From Klebsormidium nitens (lineage: Eukaryota > Plantae > Klebsormidiophyceae): a DNA stretch of 64,000 bases. The notes under the pieces are model-generated. The model was not told the DNA's origin. It worked only from the letters and a program-made list of their open reading frames with translations, and ran no database searches. Both the position numbers and the translations under genes were made by a program. Of this stretch, positions 1 through 16,687 are shown piece by piece (position 1 is the stretch's first letter; each line of letters begins with the position of its first letter). The DNA lies in NCBI GenBank assembly GCA_000708835.1, contig DF237171.1, positions 62,001 through 126,000 of the forward strand, read 5' to 3'.

Positions 1-50
1 GAAGCTCGTCTGGCGCTTGCAAATGCCCTGCGGTGATCAGACCCCACCGC

Positions 51-1052
51 ATGTTTCTCGCAGCAGTCCGTAGCTCCAACGACGAAGTGACTGCCGACAG
101 GCCTGATGACGTCATCAGTGACAAGCGTCGGGCCGTAAGGCGCCCCACCCGGCAGAGCAAGACGGCGGCCCTGACCAGAATGGGCGACCAGAAGAAGGCG
201 GCCTTTGCCGGGGACACGGACAGCTCCCACGAGTCGGAGGACAGCGGATCGGAGGCCTTCGAGGGGGAGGACGAGGGGGCTGCCTCGCAAGGAGCGCGCA
301 CATCGCAGCGACACGTGGGCAGGAATGGCGGGGGGTCTGATAGTGATGAAGGGTCGGATGACGAGGCGGCAGAAGGTCGGTCTGGGGGCGTTCAGAAGCA
401 GCAGGTGCAGGGGGGCCGTCGCGACAGTGCGGGGTCGGCGGCCGGCAGTGAGCACGGGCAAGGGTCCCAGGGACAAGGCGGGCCGCAGGAGAGCGATGTG
501 GGAGAAGGGGAGAGCGACGAGGACAGCGGCGAGCCTGGTGTGGCAGCGGAGGAAAGGGGGAGCACCGAAAGGCATAGTGCACGTGTGTCAGGCTCGGTCA
601 CCAGCGGGGCTGAGGAAAGCGACGACGTCAGCGGTGAGGTGCGTGCTGGGCGGCCGAGGCGGGGCGCTGCGCTGGGGGAGCGCCGTCGTCGACTGGTGCT
701 GGAGGAGTCGAGCGACGAGGAGAGCGGGCAGGGGAGTGCGGGCGAGGAAGAAAAGGACGAGAGTGCACGACTCGTAGCTAAGCGCGAGGAGGAGAGCCAG
801 GTGACAGTGTCGGACAGCCCCAAGGGGGCGGCGGAGGAGAACGCATCCTCGGACGGGGACAGTGAAGAAGTGGCACCGGTGGTGGTCAGGAGGAAAGCGA
901 CTGCGAAACGAAAGGTAGTCCTCGATAGCAGCGAGGATGAGGAAGAAGAGGCGGACAAAGGGGAGGTGGCCAGACACACCGAAGATTCTGACAGCGACGG
1001 AACCAGCTTTTCCAGCGCAGAAGAGCAAGAGCTAGATTCTGACAGCGACTAG
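51..1052 (+). CDS. Acidic, Ser/Gly/Glu/Asp-rich low-complexity coding segment; probably the terminal exon of a gene that starts left of the window (disordered, likely nuclear)
   Basis: Open frame of about 330 codons ending ELDSDSD*. It has basic clusters (KRRAVRR, RRRRL, RRKATAKRK) and acidic Ser clusters (SSDEES, SSEDEEEE). A possible acceptor ttctcgCAG lies at about 63 and an in-frame ATG at 51. No recognisable domain. Confidence 0.6.
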   Translation: MFLAAVRSSNDEVTADRPDDVISDKRRAVRRPTRQSKTAALTRMGDQKKAAFAGDTDSSHESEDSGSEAFEGEDEGAASQGARTSQRHVGRNGGGSDSDEGSDDEAAEGRSGGVQKQQVQGGRRDSAGSAAGSEHGQGSQGQGGPQESDVGEGESDEDSGEPGVAAEERGSTERHSARVSGSVTSGAEESDDVSGEVRAGRPRRGAALGERRRRLVLEESSDEESGQGSAGEEEKDESARLVAKREEESQVTVSDSPKGAAEENASSDGDSEEVAPVVVRRKATAKRKVVLDSSEDEEEEADKGEVARHTEDSDSDGTSFSSAEEQELDSDSD

Positions 1053-1691
1053 CTTGTGCATCGAGTTGGTCGTGGATGGGCGCGTCTCTCGTGAGTTCCA
1101 AGTTCAGGAGTGATTTTGGATTTTGTGTGTCGAGCTGGAGTTGCCATTTAACAGACATGCAGTGAGACAGTGGTCCATACGTGAAGGCAGACGGTGCTTG
1201 GTGTCCTCGTCGGCCATATGAATTGCAGCGGTTGAGGCCATGCAACTGCCTAGGAGTATTACTTGGCCTCGGTCTCATTTCTCAGAAACACTACCAGCTA
1301 TACTGGAAATACGAGTCGATTGCGAGATTAGAAGGCCTTTGTCCGAGGTTGAGCAGGCAATTCTGATGGAAACGGCAGCTTTCTTCACGAGTCAGCTTCC
1401 GGGCCTGCGTTTCAATTTAATGTCAATAGAAGGCCAGCGCACTGCTTTCTATATCGATGTTGTTGGGGAGAGTGCCAATCCAGGCCCAAACATTCCACTT
1501 GTTGTTGGCTTGATCCTGCATGTACACGGGGCCGCCGATCAAGGCAAACATGTGCGAGCGCGAAATTTGGAAGCTAGCCCTAGCATCAATCATCGGACGA
1601 CCCAGGCATCCGATGTCTCAAAATCGACGGTGCCAATTGACTCGATTGAGTCTTGAGCTGAGGCCGCACTTCTGCAGGTGCACATGCATGA

Positions 1692-2024
1692 CAGAGCGGA
1701 GACAAGGAGAATCGGTACCGGACGGAAGCTAAGGCTAGGGGCTGTTGGAACCCTCAACAGTGACGTCAGCCTTAGGCTGCTATCTCTTCTTGTCTGCTAT
1801 CGGCCGTTCAAATGTCAGCAACACAGCATCCGACGGTATGAGGTGCGTTTGAAACCTAACTCGGGTTGCAGGCAATGTGCAGATCGCAGCCGTCAGATAA
1901 CCACTCCCACAGGATCTGACGCTCAAGAGCCAGAGAGGTCCAGCTTTGGGTTGACATGACCGCAAATCCAACAGGCCCCAGCCTTAGCTTCCGTCCGGTA
2001 CCGATTCTCCTTGTCCCCGCTCTG
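1692..2024. repeat. 58-bp inverted repeat (arms 1692-1749 and 1967-2024, 3 mismatches) around a 217-bp spacer
   Basis: The left arm cagagcggagacaaggagaatcggtaccggacggaagctaaggctaggggctgttgga is the reverse complement of the right arm except at 3 positions. No target-site duplication seen. Confidence 0.9.
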
Positions 2025-2161
2025 ACAGCACCACTGACCAGCGTACGGTGTACCACTTCATGCCAGTGCAGCAGATGTCTACAGCAGCACTGAATTCTGA
2101 AAGGAGTGCTGCACGCTCACTTTTCCGGCCACACAGAAGAAAGGCTACTTGGCAGGACGCC

Positions 2162-4967
2162 ATGGCTGCCACTCCTCGCTGTCTAATCCTGTTCGGAGAC
2201 GGTTGTCTTCTCAACGAGACGACACTTGAGTCTATAGACTGCCCTGCATTGGATCAGACTGCTAGGGAAGGCTGCACCGGTCAGCTGGCACTGCGCAAAT
2301 TGCCTGATGGCGTGACCGAGGCGCAGCGGAGCCTGCTGGAGTTGGAACAAATTCTGGACCTGGAAAGTAACAAAGTGAGGCACCCTCTCATTTAGGTGGT
2401 TGCCACATTCAGAAGGCTGTGGAATTATTAAGTCCCTCTTAAGCAAAATTGATCACTTGCCCCACAAACCGCTTCGGAAACACACACTATATTCAATTTT
2501 CAAGCACCACCACCAATTTGTCCATTTGCATTCGTGCATTTACTTCTTAGATGCAGGGAGCTTCGAGTCCTTTGTTCGCCCTGAGAAGAAACTAATGACA
2601 ATGCAGCTGCGCAGCTGGGCTTCATGCCAGTGGTCTTTGACACTCGCAAAATGGACAATTACAGTCAGAGGGCTTACTATGGAACTTCTGTGCACAGGAA
2701 AGTGGCGGGAGTTCTGGTCAAGCTCAGAGCAGAGAAGGAAGGACTTTCGTAAGCTTGAACGAGAGGTAAGCTTGCAGCAATCGCTTTCGTTACTTAATGT
2801 CAGTCTGGATCCTGAGTGAGCTGGCGCCAAGCACGATACCGAACATTTTCAGGGGTCAACATGGACCATTGCTCGCTCACTAGTGGCTTCTTGTATACTC
2901 CTAAATGACTACGCATACTGTTTTACTGCCAGGGGTTCCAGCACTTTGCCCCCCTGGAATGAACGTAAGTCTGTGATTTAGCCGCTGCTTATCTGGATTT
3001 GGTCTTCCCCAGGCTTTGCACCAGTGTATTTGTCCAGTCGACAGGTGGTTGTCTTATGACTGTGGTGAGGATGTCGAAGAAATTCTGCATGAATGGGTCA
3101 GGGTCAAAGCCTTCTTCATAAGAATCAGACCTTGTTTTCTCCCTTTTGACCTGGGAGTATCAGCTCTGCCCAATCCGCTGGGGCTCCATCTGGAAAATAG
3201 GTGCCCTTCAGCACGTCGCGCTGACCATCATGCTAGTTGAGGTTTGTCTAGGTATCGCACAGATACATACTGGTACAACCCACCATGTTGCAGAGCACAG
3301 GGAACGGGGTGCTTTCACTTTTTGAAATATAGCCGCGGAAGCAGAAGTCTTGTTAATTGAGACCCTTCAATGCGATTCAACTTTTGATGCTCCAAAACAC
3401 AAGCGACGTATCACAAAACAGCAAATGGTAAGAACTGTCTCCTGGCACCTTTCGATTCTGGCGATACGGATCAAAGAGCTACTTTCCTCTGGCACACTGC
3501 ACCACGCTTGATTTTAGTCCTCTGAGCTTTGACGTTGTTAAGTCCCATCATAAACGAAATCTATTTTTGACAAAGGCCTAGTGATTCTTCGCTGGCCACT
3601 TTGTAACCCAAACTCCATCATCTTTGCAGGTTTATGGGCATGTCTGCATCTTTCTTTTCATCCTCGCAATCAGTAAAGGCTCTGGCATCGAAAGCAGGGT
3701 TTGACAGTCAGCTCCTCACTGAGAATCAGGGTGGCCTCGACGCCGGAATGCTGCCAGATGCAGCCAGCTTTGCAGAACAGAGTCTGACACTGTTGGGCTT
3801 GGCAACTGCCTCGGAGAGATCCGCTGGGAGCAATGTTTTCAATGAGTTGACAGGAAGCGAAAGAGGCAGTGGTGACCCTGCAAAGAGTCAAGATTTGGTG
3901 TTCGTGCACCTTAGACCTGACGTCTCTGAGGACAGCAATGGTGCGCAGCCTTCGAATAGGACAGACGACGCACCCTCCCCGTCCAAATCGGACCAGGACC
4001 TTGTAGAGAGTGCGAAAGCCAGTTTGGTGTGGCTAGATGCTTTGGTGGCGGCCATCAGAAAGTTAGAAAGTCGAGACAGTAGAATTGCAGCCCGGCTTTA
4101 CCTCGTGCTAGTGTTAAGTTACCATGCGACCGCTGTAACGGAGTCAGGGACCAGCAGAGAGAGCGAAGCAGAGCCCAAGTCGGACAAGGTGCTAGAAAGC
4201 GCGGGGGCACCAGAGGGGCTCCTTGCGTTTAAGCCTGTGCAGAGTTACCAACAAAAGGAAGGGCAAGAGCTCACAAATATCAGGTCAGTCTGAACGCCCC
4301 GAGACCTCTAACTAGTTTGTTCTTTCCTCTCGGCATGCTGCAGTACTGCTGACTCCTCTGCATCGTTGGGGCCTATGTAAGTCGCGATTGTTGGATCCTA
4401 TCCGTGAAAGCTGGCTCTAGATGCCCTCCGCAAAAATGAGAGGGATGAAATCTTGATTCCGATGCTGACCGGATAAAAGTCGTTTTCTGGACTGCTCTGA
4501 GTCGATTCGACTTTGAATGGTGGTGCATCTAATGTTGCCAAAAGAAGGTCTTCCCTCAGTCACCAGTGGGTTGTTTTTGTGCAGGGAAAGTCACCATGCT
4601 TTGGTAGTGTACAATTCGCATGGACTGACGAGAAGAGACGCAGTCCAAAGTCTGCAAGCGAGTGAGATCACAACGGTAAGTTCTGTTCACCTCATAACAT
4701 TCCGCCTTCTCAATCATCTGAGAAGGCAAACGGGTGCTTTGAGAAGGTTTAGTCACATTCCTTGTGGGCGCAATGAGCTAGTCGATGGTTTGCGAATTAC
4801 CAATCTGAATTGTGATGCTTTCTTGAACCCCAAACTGCGTTCCAGTACTCTGAACAAAGAGGTTTGTATCGACGATGCAGAAATCAGGCAACCTCACAAT
4901 CCTGGCGGACAGATTCTTCCATGAGGTAGCTTTCAAGGTCGGCAGGGCTCCGAAGTATGGTGCTTGA
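2162..4967 (+). CDS. Conserved plant protein of unknown function (family ending HEVAFK..APKYGA; AT5G11810-like from recall), about 370 aa, with ApgM/iPGM-like motifs
   Basis: Exons 2162-2374, 2698-2765, 3630-4283, 4585-4675, 4881-4967; all GT-AG and frame-consistent. Motifs LILFGDG, LDQTAREGCTGQL, ERFMGM, DLVFVHL, LYLVLVLSY, TRRD and GNLTILADRFFHEVAFKVGRAPKYGA* match a land-plant family I recognise. Confidence 0.85.
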
Positions 4968-5149
4968 GAGGAACATAAGTAACTTCTGGCACTGGAAGGG
5001 CTCACATGGGGATCCGCTACGAGAAAATGGGCCATCCTCCAAAGAAAGGTGCTCTTCTTCGAAGACGTACTGTCATCGTGCAAGCAACAAAAGATATCAC
5101 CGACCAATTTTGCCCGGATCCTGTAGTCAGCGGTCTGATGCTAATTGAA

Positions 5150-5680
5150 ATAATCTCTTTGTACCGTCCCAGAGGATGTAATCACATGATTGTCATGTGC
5201 GATTCAATTCTGGGATGTGCGTCACTCATTGTGCATGGAATGTAAATGCATGTGTATGCATATATCATGATCGTGTTTTCGAAAATCGTTGAATCCGTTG
5301 TGCACGTCGCGGCCATCATGACTTATATATATTGTATGTTGCCGCATCCGACTGTGCGCGTAATATAAATGCGATATATGATGCATGTGTTGCCCGGCCA
5401 TGCCCATCATATAGCCGGCAGCTGCGCACATGAGACGGTCATATCATTGGGCGGCCAATTACAGGCCATGTGCGTAATCAAGCCATGAGCCTTGGAGTGT
5501 GCTGGATACATTGCACCGTCAACCCTCAATGTCAGTGATGTCCGACTCCGACAATCTTCAGTACGTCACTGCATGCCATTGGGACCGGCACCGGCCACGT
5601 AAACGAGCTGGTCATGGCAAACCTACATAGTAGCTAGCCATCCGGCGGCATGTATGCATACTTCACATGGGCACCGCGTC
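5150..5680. other. Intergenic tract rich in short palindromes (ATGCAT/CATG/TATATA/TAGCTA/CCGG) between convergent 3' ends
   Basis: Four ATGCAT, plus atatat runs, gccggc and tagctag, within about 500 bp. Composition differs from the flanking introns and exons. Confidence 0.5.
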
Positions 5681-5952
5681 TTTAGGTTGCAATTGGAAGA
5701 CCATGGCATACTCCTGAGACTCGTGCGTTTCTGAAAACGAGACCACATGTAAGAATGTTTAAGCAGGTGCCCCTGGGTGCTTGGAAGAAAGTAGCCCTTG
5801 CATTATGTAGACCCTTTAAAGGTCCAAGTCCAAGTCCGCAAGCTGCGGACTCTTTGGTACATTGAAGAGGACACACATGAAATCCATGAGCAGACAGCTT
5901 CTGCTCTTTTTGTCCGACACGACAACCTGAAAGCCCGACAGGACCTGAGGTA

Positions 5953-8900
5953 TCAATTTGACCAGACGTGCACCAGCCCATGCCTGCTACCCGTGTAGAT
6001 CTCGTTCCTCTCCTCGTCGTAGAAAAGAGCCGTCACGTCCTCCAAGGCCTCTCGAACTCTCTGCATTAGAGAAAAAGGTGGTTCTCTTTTCGCAACACCT
6101 TTCGGTCAGGAAACAGCGAGTACCTTCAAAGTCATTCTGCTACCAAACATGCCAAGGTCTGACCATATATTATCAATGTTCAGCAATTGCCCACGCCGCC
6201 ACAAGGTTTCCACAATAGCAATGCTTTGTCACGACTCACGAGGTTCTGCAATGATCGGAGCGCCGGCGTTGACACAGGCTTTCATCCTTGATTGAAGCTG
6301 GTCAACGGCTCAGCCTGACGTTTGCACATCTTGTCAACAAGCTCGCATTGGCAGGAACTGCAGTGAGGACTTACCCTAGCTCCGCCGGCGCACCGCCACC
6401 TCTGGGGGTCATCCTTGTCCGTGGCCTGAATCTTTGAGAGGCATTTTCCGGTCAGAATGTTGGAGATGTTGATCGACCCCACCCCTGCCACAGCAGAGCA
6501 AACTCAGTTTAGAGAGGAGTGGCGACGAGCAGACGCCTGGCACCTGGACCCTTAGCCTCGCACATCTGCAGCAGAGATTAAGTATTCGCCTCTGTTCGCA
6601 GAACAAAAGCTTACATATCAAAACGTGGCGGCCGAAACTGCACCAACCGCGTCGAAAGACTCGGCTGCCCAATGTCTCACAAGCGGCCTTCAGGGAGTTT
6701 CCACCTGCGCATTGCTCCTGCGCGACCCACTGCTAACCGAGGCCGCCTCGGAATACTTAAGAGAACCCGGGTTTTGCCACCGGCATAAGCATCTGATTCC
6801 GCATACTCGAGCTGACCCGTTGGGCGGCAGTGTCGGCTCACCATGGTCGTCCAGGTCGGTGGGGTCCTCTTTTACTTTACAGTACGAGATGATGAGGTCC
6901 TGCTCGCTGGTGATGTAGATGTTGTTCGTGTTGCAGTCCGGGTACCACAGCTGGTGGTCCTCGAACCTGGAGTCAGGAACACACAGCGCACACGTCAGCA
7001 GCGGGCCACAGATTCCAAATGCGGTAGGGATGCGAACTCAGCCGCCGTTCATTGTAAGGGTTTCCAGTTCCGAACTCTTAGAGTTCAAAGCGTTGGAACG
7101 CAGAGTGCTAGCTTCGCAACACTCTTAAATTGACATGACACTAGGTTTGAGAGTCGTCCAGAAGGACCTCTCTGCTGAGCAACCGAAAGAAGGACACCTC
7201 GACTGAGTACGTCTTGGAAACCAAGGGAGAGCCTGGTAGGCGAGAAGCCGAACTTGCAACAAAGAATCATGATTTAGCTGGCAGCGGGAAGTAAGCAAGC
7301 GGGAAGACGCGGTTCAATCAGAAAGGATGGAGAGTACACAGACAAGCGGGCTATCAAGTAGGGCGCCCTCACGTGGTGACGAGCTCCCCTCGGAAGTTCC
7401 ACACGGCGACCGTCCGGTTGCGGAAGGTGAGGAAGAGCTGGTTCTCGTACAGGAAGATGAACGCGGAGGGCGTCATGAACTCGGTCCGGTTCACCTCGAT
7501 CAGCTGCTGGTTTCGAACCTGCACCACAAGGACAACTCTTTCAGTGCCCAATCAGGGGACTTCGGGTCCTCAAACACAGCAGCAGCACCACAAGGAATGG
7601 ACACGAGAGCTTGTATCAGTTGTTCCAATCGTGAAAACGCTTCGAGGACGTTATCCATCATGGACGTTGATCGACCAGAAGTCTTTCAACCATCTGCAAG
7701 ATGTCCAACTCGATGATGAGCATTTTTAGCAGGCATCAACAGTCGCCCAGGTGTCAGCTTGCTAGTAAACAATGAAAAGAGCTTGCTTTTCAGCGACTTG
7801 TCCTAACAAGCCTTTAACAAACAGACAATCGGTTGCAAAATGAGGCAGCGACTGCAGTAAAGGGGAGCGCCTCACGTCCAGGATTTGCAGGTTTTCGTTT
7901 TCCTGTTTGACGAGCAGCTTCTCGTTGAACTGCTCGATGAAGTCGACCTTCTTGTTGCGGTGCAGAGGGTGGTTGAACCCCTTCAACACCTGCAAAGAGA
8001 AACTGACAGCCCACCTGAGGCGCTCCTCTTATTACGGAAAAGTGGGTGGCAAGCAGGGAGTCGACTTGCTTACGTGGAGATAGAGGAAATTCGGATAAGA
8101 TCTTACCATAGCAAGAATATATGTCACCTTGGTTCTGTGTTTGTTTATCCAACGCGAAAAGGGTTACGCATCTCGCAAGCAACTTCTTAGCCCCAGGCGT
8201 CAGGAAACCCCCCCTCTTTGCAAGGCCATGAGCAAACGCAGGACGCTCTTTCCACCTGTGGCTCACACAGGTGGTCCAAGCCCAAAAACAATTTAAAAAT
8301 CTAAAATGAACACCGCCCAGCGCCGCACCTCCCCCGTGTCGATGGAGAGGATCTTGAGGGGCACGTAGCCCTCCTTGCGGTTGTAGATGAGCAACATGAT
8401 GCCGGGGCTGATCTTGATCTCCTGCACGTTCTTGTCCGACACCTTGTACAGCATCGTGTAATTCTTCAGGTCAAACACCTTGTAGATCCTGCGCACCACA
8501 AGCACGCACGGTGAGGTGGCCGCACGAGGGGAATGTCGTCACACCCGAGAATCTTCTGCCCGAGACTTACAAACAAAAAAGCAGCGCTCAAACAGCACAA
8601 TGAGCCACGGGGAAGTCCTGAAAGAGAATTGAAGGGAAGCCAAAAAACATAAGCTAAAAGCGTGTGCTATTACCGATATCAAGATGACACGAACAAGAAC
8701 GGCAGTGATGCTGAGGGGAAAAGGAGATGATTCAGCAGGCCAACCGCAGTCCCATAATCATTTTCTTTTATATTTAAAGTTTAGCGGTGCAGCTGTTCCC
8801 CAAAATCTCCGAACAAGGCCACGGTCTGAGAAAGAACACTACTCCAGCGAAGAATGCTGCTGACCAACTCGGACGCAGGGCTTGCCCCTGCATAAGGAAT

Positions 8901-10674
8901 AAGAAGTTGAGCGGCTTACCGATCAATAGCAGAGTATGTCAAGACTTTCCCATTTACGTCATCGAACTCCACGAAGCCCGGCCACCGCAACGATTCGGAT
9001 TCAAAGAGGGGGAACCCTGACTCGGGCAGGCCCCTGCGAATGTACCTGCGGGGAAGCATCATGCTGTGTGTGAGAAATGAAACCTTCAAAGAGAACCAAG
9101 ACATGCATGAACTGCAAGCAGTGTGCTTCAGCGTGCAAGAAAAGTTAGGTGTCCTTTGGGTTGGAGGAGTGCTCAGCTGCATCTACGAGCTTAGAACGCC
9201 AGCAACGGGCCCCAACATATTGCTGCTGACTGCCCTGACTGAGTCACATTGCTTTTTCCAAGTTCAGCTTCCAGAGCCCACAAGTTGGTGGTCGTTCTTA
9301 AAGAACCTGATTGAGAAACATTGCCAAGGCCTTGTGTGCGGTCCTGCGAAACAGGTGCGGTCAGGAGCTTACTCGATGGGTGTTGTTCGACATTTGAGGG
9401 AGCTGAAGTTATCTCCAGCATAGACAGAGACTGTGATGAGAGAGTCGTTGTTCTTGTTGAAGAAGAGGCTGCGGATCACTTCGTCAGGGCTGACGTTCAG
9501 GCAGCAGATGCGCTTATTCGTGTCTGCACAGAGAGCAAGATTGGCCGCCAGGTGAGAGCCTGCTTGTTCCTTGTACAAGATTGTGCCTGAGCCGACATAT
9601 TGAAACAGCTTACAAAGAAGCAGGCAAAAACATATGAAGTGACAGCAGACCCTACCTCCATATTATCTTCAAGCTGGGAACTGGATCGGGCGACGTTATC
9701 CTAGACGCTAAGCATGCATTTAATCAGCAACATCAAGCTCAGCAAGAGTACAAAAGCAGACAGCCTTTCTCACCTCGACTGAATGCTGCACAGACGCCTG
9801 AGTGTGCGAGTGCAAACACAATGTCCCTCGCCGCAACAATCTCGACTATCCGCGACCTTTTCTTGAGGAAGGGAAGCCTCAAAAACTCGTGGGACTTGGG
9901 GTCATGAGTGTCAAACTCCTCCTGCATCATCAAGCATGTCAGTAATATATTTCAACGGAGAAATGGCTGCAAGCTCGAAGAGCCCTATAAGGTTGAAGTC
10001 TGAAATATTTCTAAACTCCCTAGTGATTCCAAAATGTAAATGCACTTGAGATTCTCTTGAGTAGCTTGGACCATTCGTGCTGCAATCTTCTCCCTCCCCA
10101 GTGTCTTCTGATCTCGGCTAGCAAGATAAAGCAAACCTCGCTACAATGCGTGCCAGCGAGAGCTCTAGCTTTCCTGCTCTATGGTTTGTGCATCATTAGT
10201 GCTGCTGATCAGAAAAGTAGGAGGACAGTCCAACCGGATCAGCAGGATGAAAAAGCCAAAAATAAATGGATGCTGTATACCGCGCTCCTCTGCTTACAAC
10301 GCAGCCCAAAAACCATTGGGACCCTAGGTCGGATGTAAATCCCGCCAAACTTACAAGGCACGACAGTGGCTCATCCATCAACATTATGGGTTACTTAACT
10401 TACTTCAAATGGATCTATAACAGCCTTTTGCAAGCTTAGAAGCACTTTTGCATGGTAGTTTCAGCATCCGGGATCAGCTCACCAGCAGGCAGAAGTTTCT
10501 AAACTTTTCTGTGGAGTTCGTCCGGCTGATGGCCCAGTTCCCACTGGAGCTGATTTCCCGTTTCTGAAGTTTCCTTACAGAGTTCCTGCCGCCGTCCGGC
10601 AAAGATCTCTTCCCAGCCACAACCCTTTTCGAGCCCTGGGGTCGTGGGCTCGTTTGAACCGTCGCTTTCTCCAT
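5953..10674 (-). CDS. Conserved plant WD40/transducin-like protein of unknown function (AT3G54190/AT2G38630-like from recall), about 459 aa
   Basis: Ten exons: 10674-10483, 9921-9774, 9523-9373, 9045-8920, 8488-8329, 7989-7876, 7518-7373, 6966-6842, 6484-6375, 6060-5953; all GT-AG and in frame. Hallmark blocks EEFDTHDP, IVEIVAARDIVFALAHSGVCAAFSR, WPGFVEFDDVNGKVLTYSA, KKVDFIEQFNEKLLVKQE, FMTPSAFIFLYENQLFLTF and EDVTALFYDEERNEIYTG..HVWSN*. Confidence 0.92.
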
Positions 10675-12247
10675 GCTACACGAAGCCAGCCTGCCTCCTT
10701 CGTATCCCCCAGAAAATCGAATGTTCCTTGTCCTTGACTGCCCAAGACTCTAAAGATTATCCCGCATTAAGCAGCTCATAGGTACTGCAAGGGACCTCAA
10801 GCTCGGATGCAGAAGTAACCGCCTCCTGCTTCTTGTCTCTCATGGCAGTTGGACCCCGGTTCAAACCACTGTTTGCTGCTAACTGTGCTTATTAAGAAAC
10901 CGCCGTTCCGACACGAGCTGCAAGCATACGAGCAACAAAACAGGTGCAGATTTGGTACTTCAAGAAATTGTCTAAAGGACCAAAAATATGCTTACTCTGC
11001 ATGAAAGGGTGAGCACATAAAAGGCACCTCCTGAAAGAGAACACGAAGCTAGCCTAAGCAGAAGGCTCTGCTACAACTGTACCCAGTCTCGTATGCTTCC
11101 ACTGCTACCTGGCCCCTCCTAGCCTAGCTCTTAACCCTACAAGCTACAGAACCTCTGAGCAGGGTAAAGCAGGAGAGAAGCTCTGCAAGACTGCATGCTC
11201 TGCTCTGACAACGAGTGACCAATCTGGAAGGTCTTGCAAGCAGTCTGGACTTTGGACTCTGCACAGTGCAACGGCCAGCTTGGCAAATTTGAATTCCCAC
11301 TGCCCAGACTGATCCAGGAGGGCCTACTCGAGAGCCCGGTAGCTTTTGTCTGTTTGCATTCGCGACCGTTCAGTATCCAACGTATGGACTGTGAACCGTC
11401 GATCGAAACCACGGAATCTACTTTGAAGACCGGTGCTATATACCGTGGGGCGCTCCCTCACACGTGAGATGTATGTCTCCCTCTAGCCACTGGATGATTC
11501 ATCGAACGGCTGAAAGGCCACCTTTTCTAAAGAATGATTTCGCTTTCACATTGGGAGGTTCCGACAAGCTGGCCAGTGGCCCAGCTCCCATCACATAGGT
11601 CCTCACACAACCAGGAACGGCATGCCGCCCAACTTGCCAGTTTCAAGTGGTGCGTGACGCGGTCTGCCCTGACTTCGACCTATTAGTCCTAAGCCTGCAT
11701 CCGCCAGTCACAAGAACGGTCCATACGAAGTAATGTAAGTTGAACCTTAGCCCTTGCTGGCCGCGCTGACTCAAACTTCTGGTTTTGGAACTTCATCGTG
11801 CACACATGCTGCAGGTTGAGTAGTGGTGACTATAAGCGGTCCTAACCATACATTCTATCGCCTGCAATCTCTCATCTACGGTACAATTCTCATCGCACTG
11901 GGCTGGCAAACTAGCTCAAGCTTGTGCATGGCGCCGGGACAAACGCAATACTCTTGGATTTCCCCACTATTGTCTAAGGTCACTCGATAAGACGTGACAT
12001 CCACTTAAAGGCGTTATCTCGAGAAGGGCCGGGACCAGAACTTGTAAGTATAAAGGCTTAGCAACGCACACCATTGGCCGGCTAGGGCAACACAGGCCAC
12101 GCACGGATGTGACAAAGTGAGACTTGCGAGGACGCATGTTCGGCCACAACGAACTCGATAAGCGATATGGATCGATGGGATGCCACTGGGCTTGCCCAAT
12201 TTAGAACTCGTGCGGACTTCATGGTAAGTCGGCCACAGCCTTCTTAT

Positions 12248-16687
<4,440 letters not shown>

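Noticed and set aside
115-1028. Long overlapping ORFs in other frames over GC-rich exons (also over M43, PABP, the PRP gene, CCA and OAT)
   Set aside because: Shadow frames of GC3-rich coding sequence; the true frames are fixed by family motifs and splice phase.
1240-1656. 138-aa plus-strand ORF after the left-edge gene
   Set aside because: No recognisable motif and lacks the G/C-ending codon bias of the real exons; probably 3' UTR or intergenic.
10843-10873. tRNA/SINE-like A-box and B-box words (tggcagttgg ... ggttcaaacc)
   Set aside because: The boxes are only a few bases apart and no cloverleaf can be formed.
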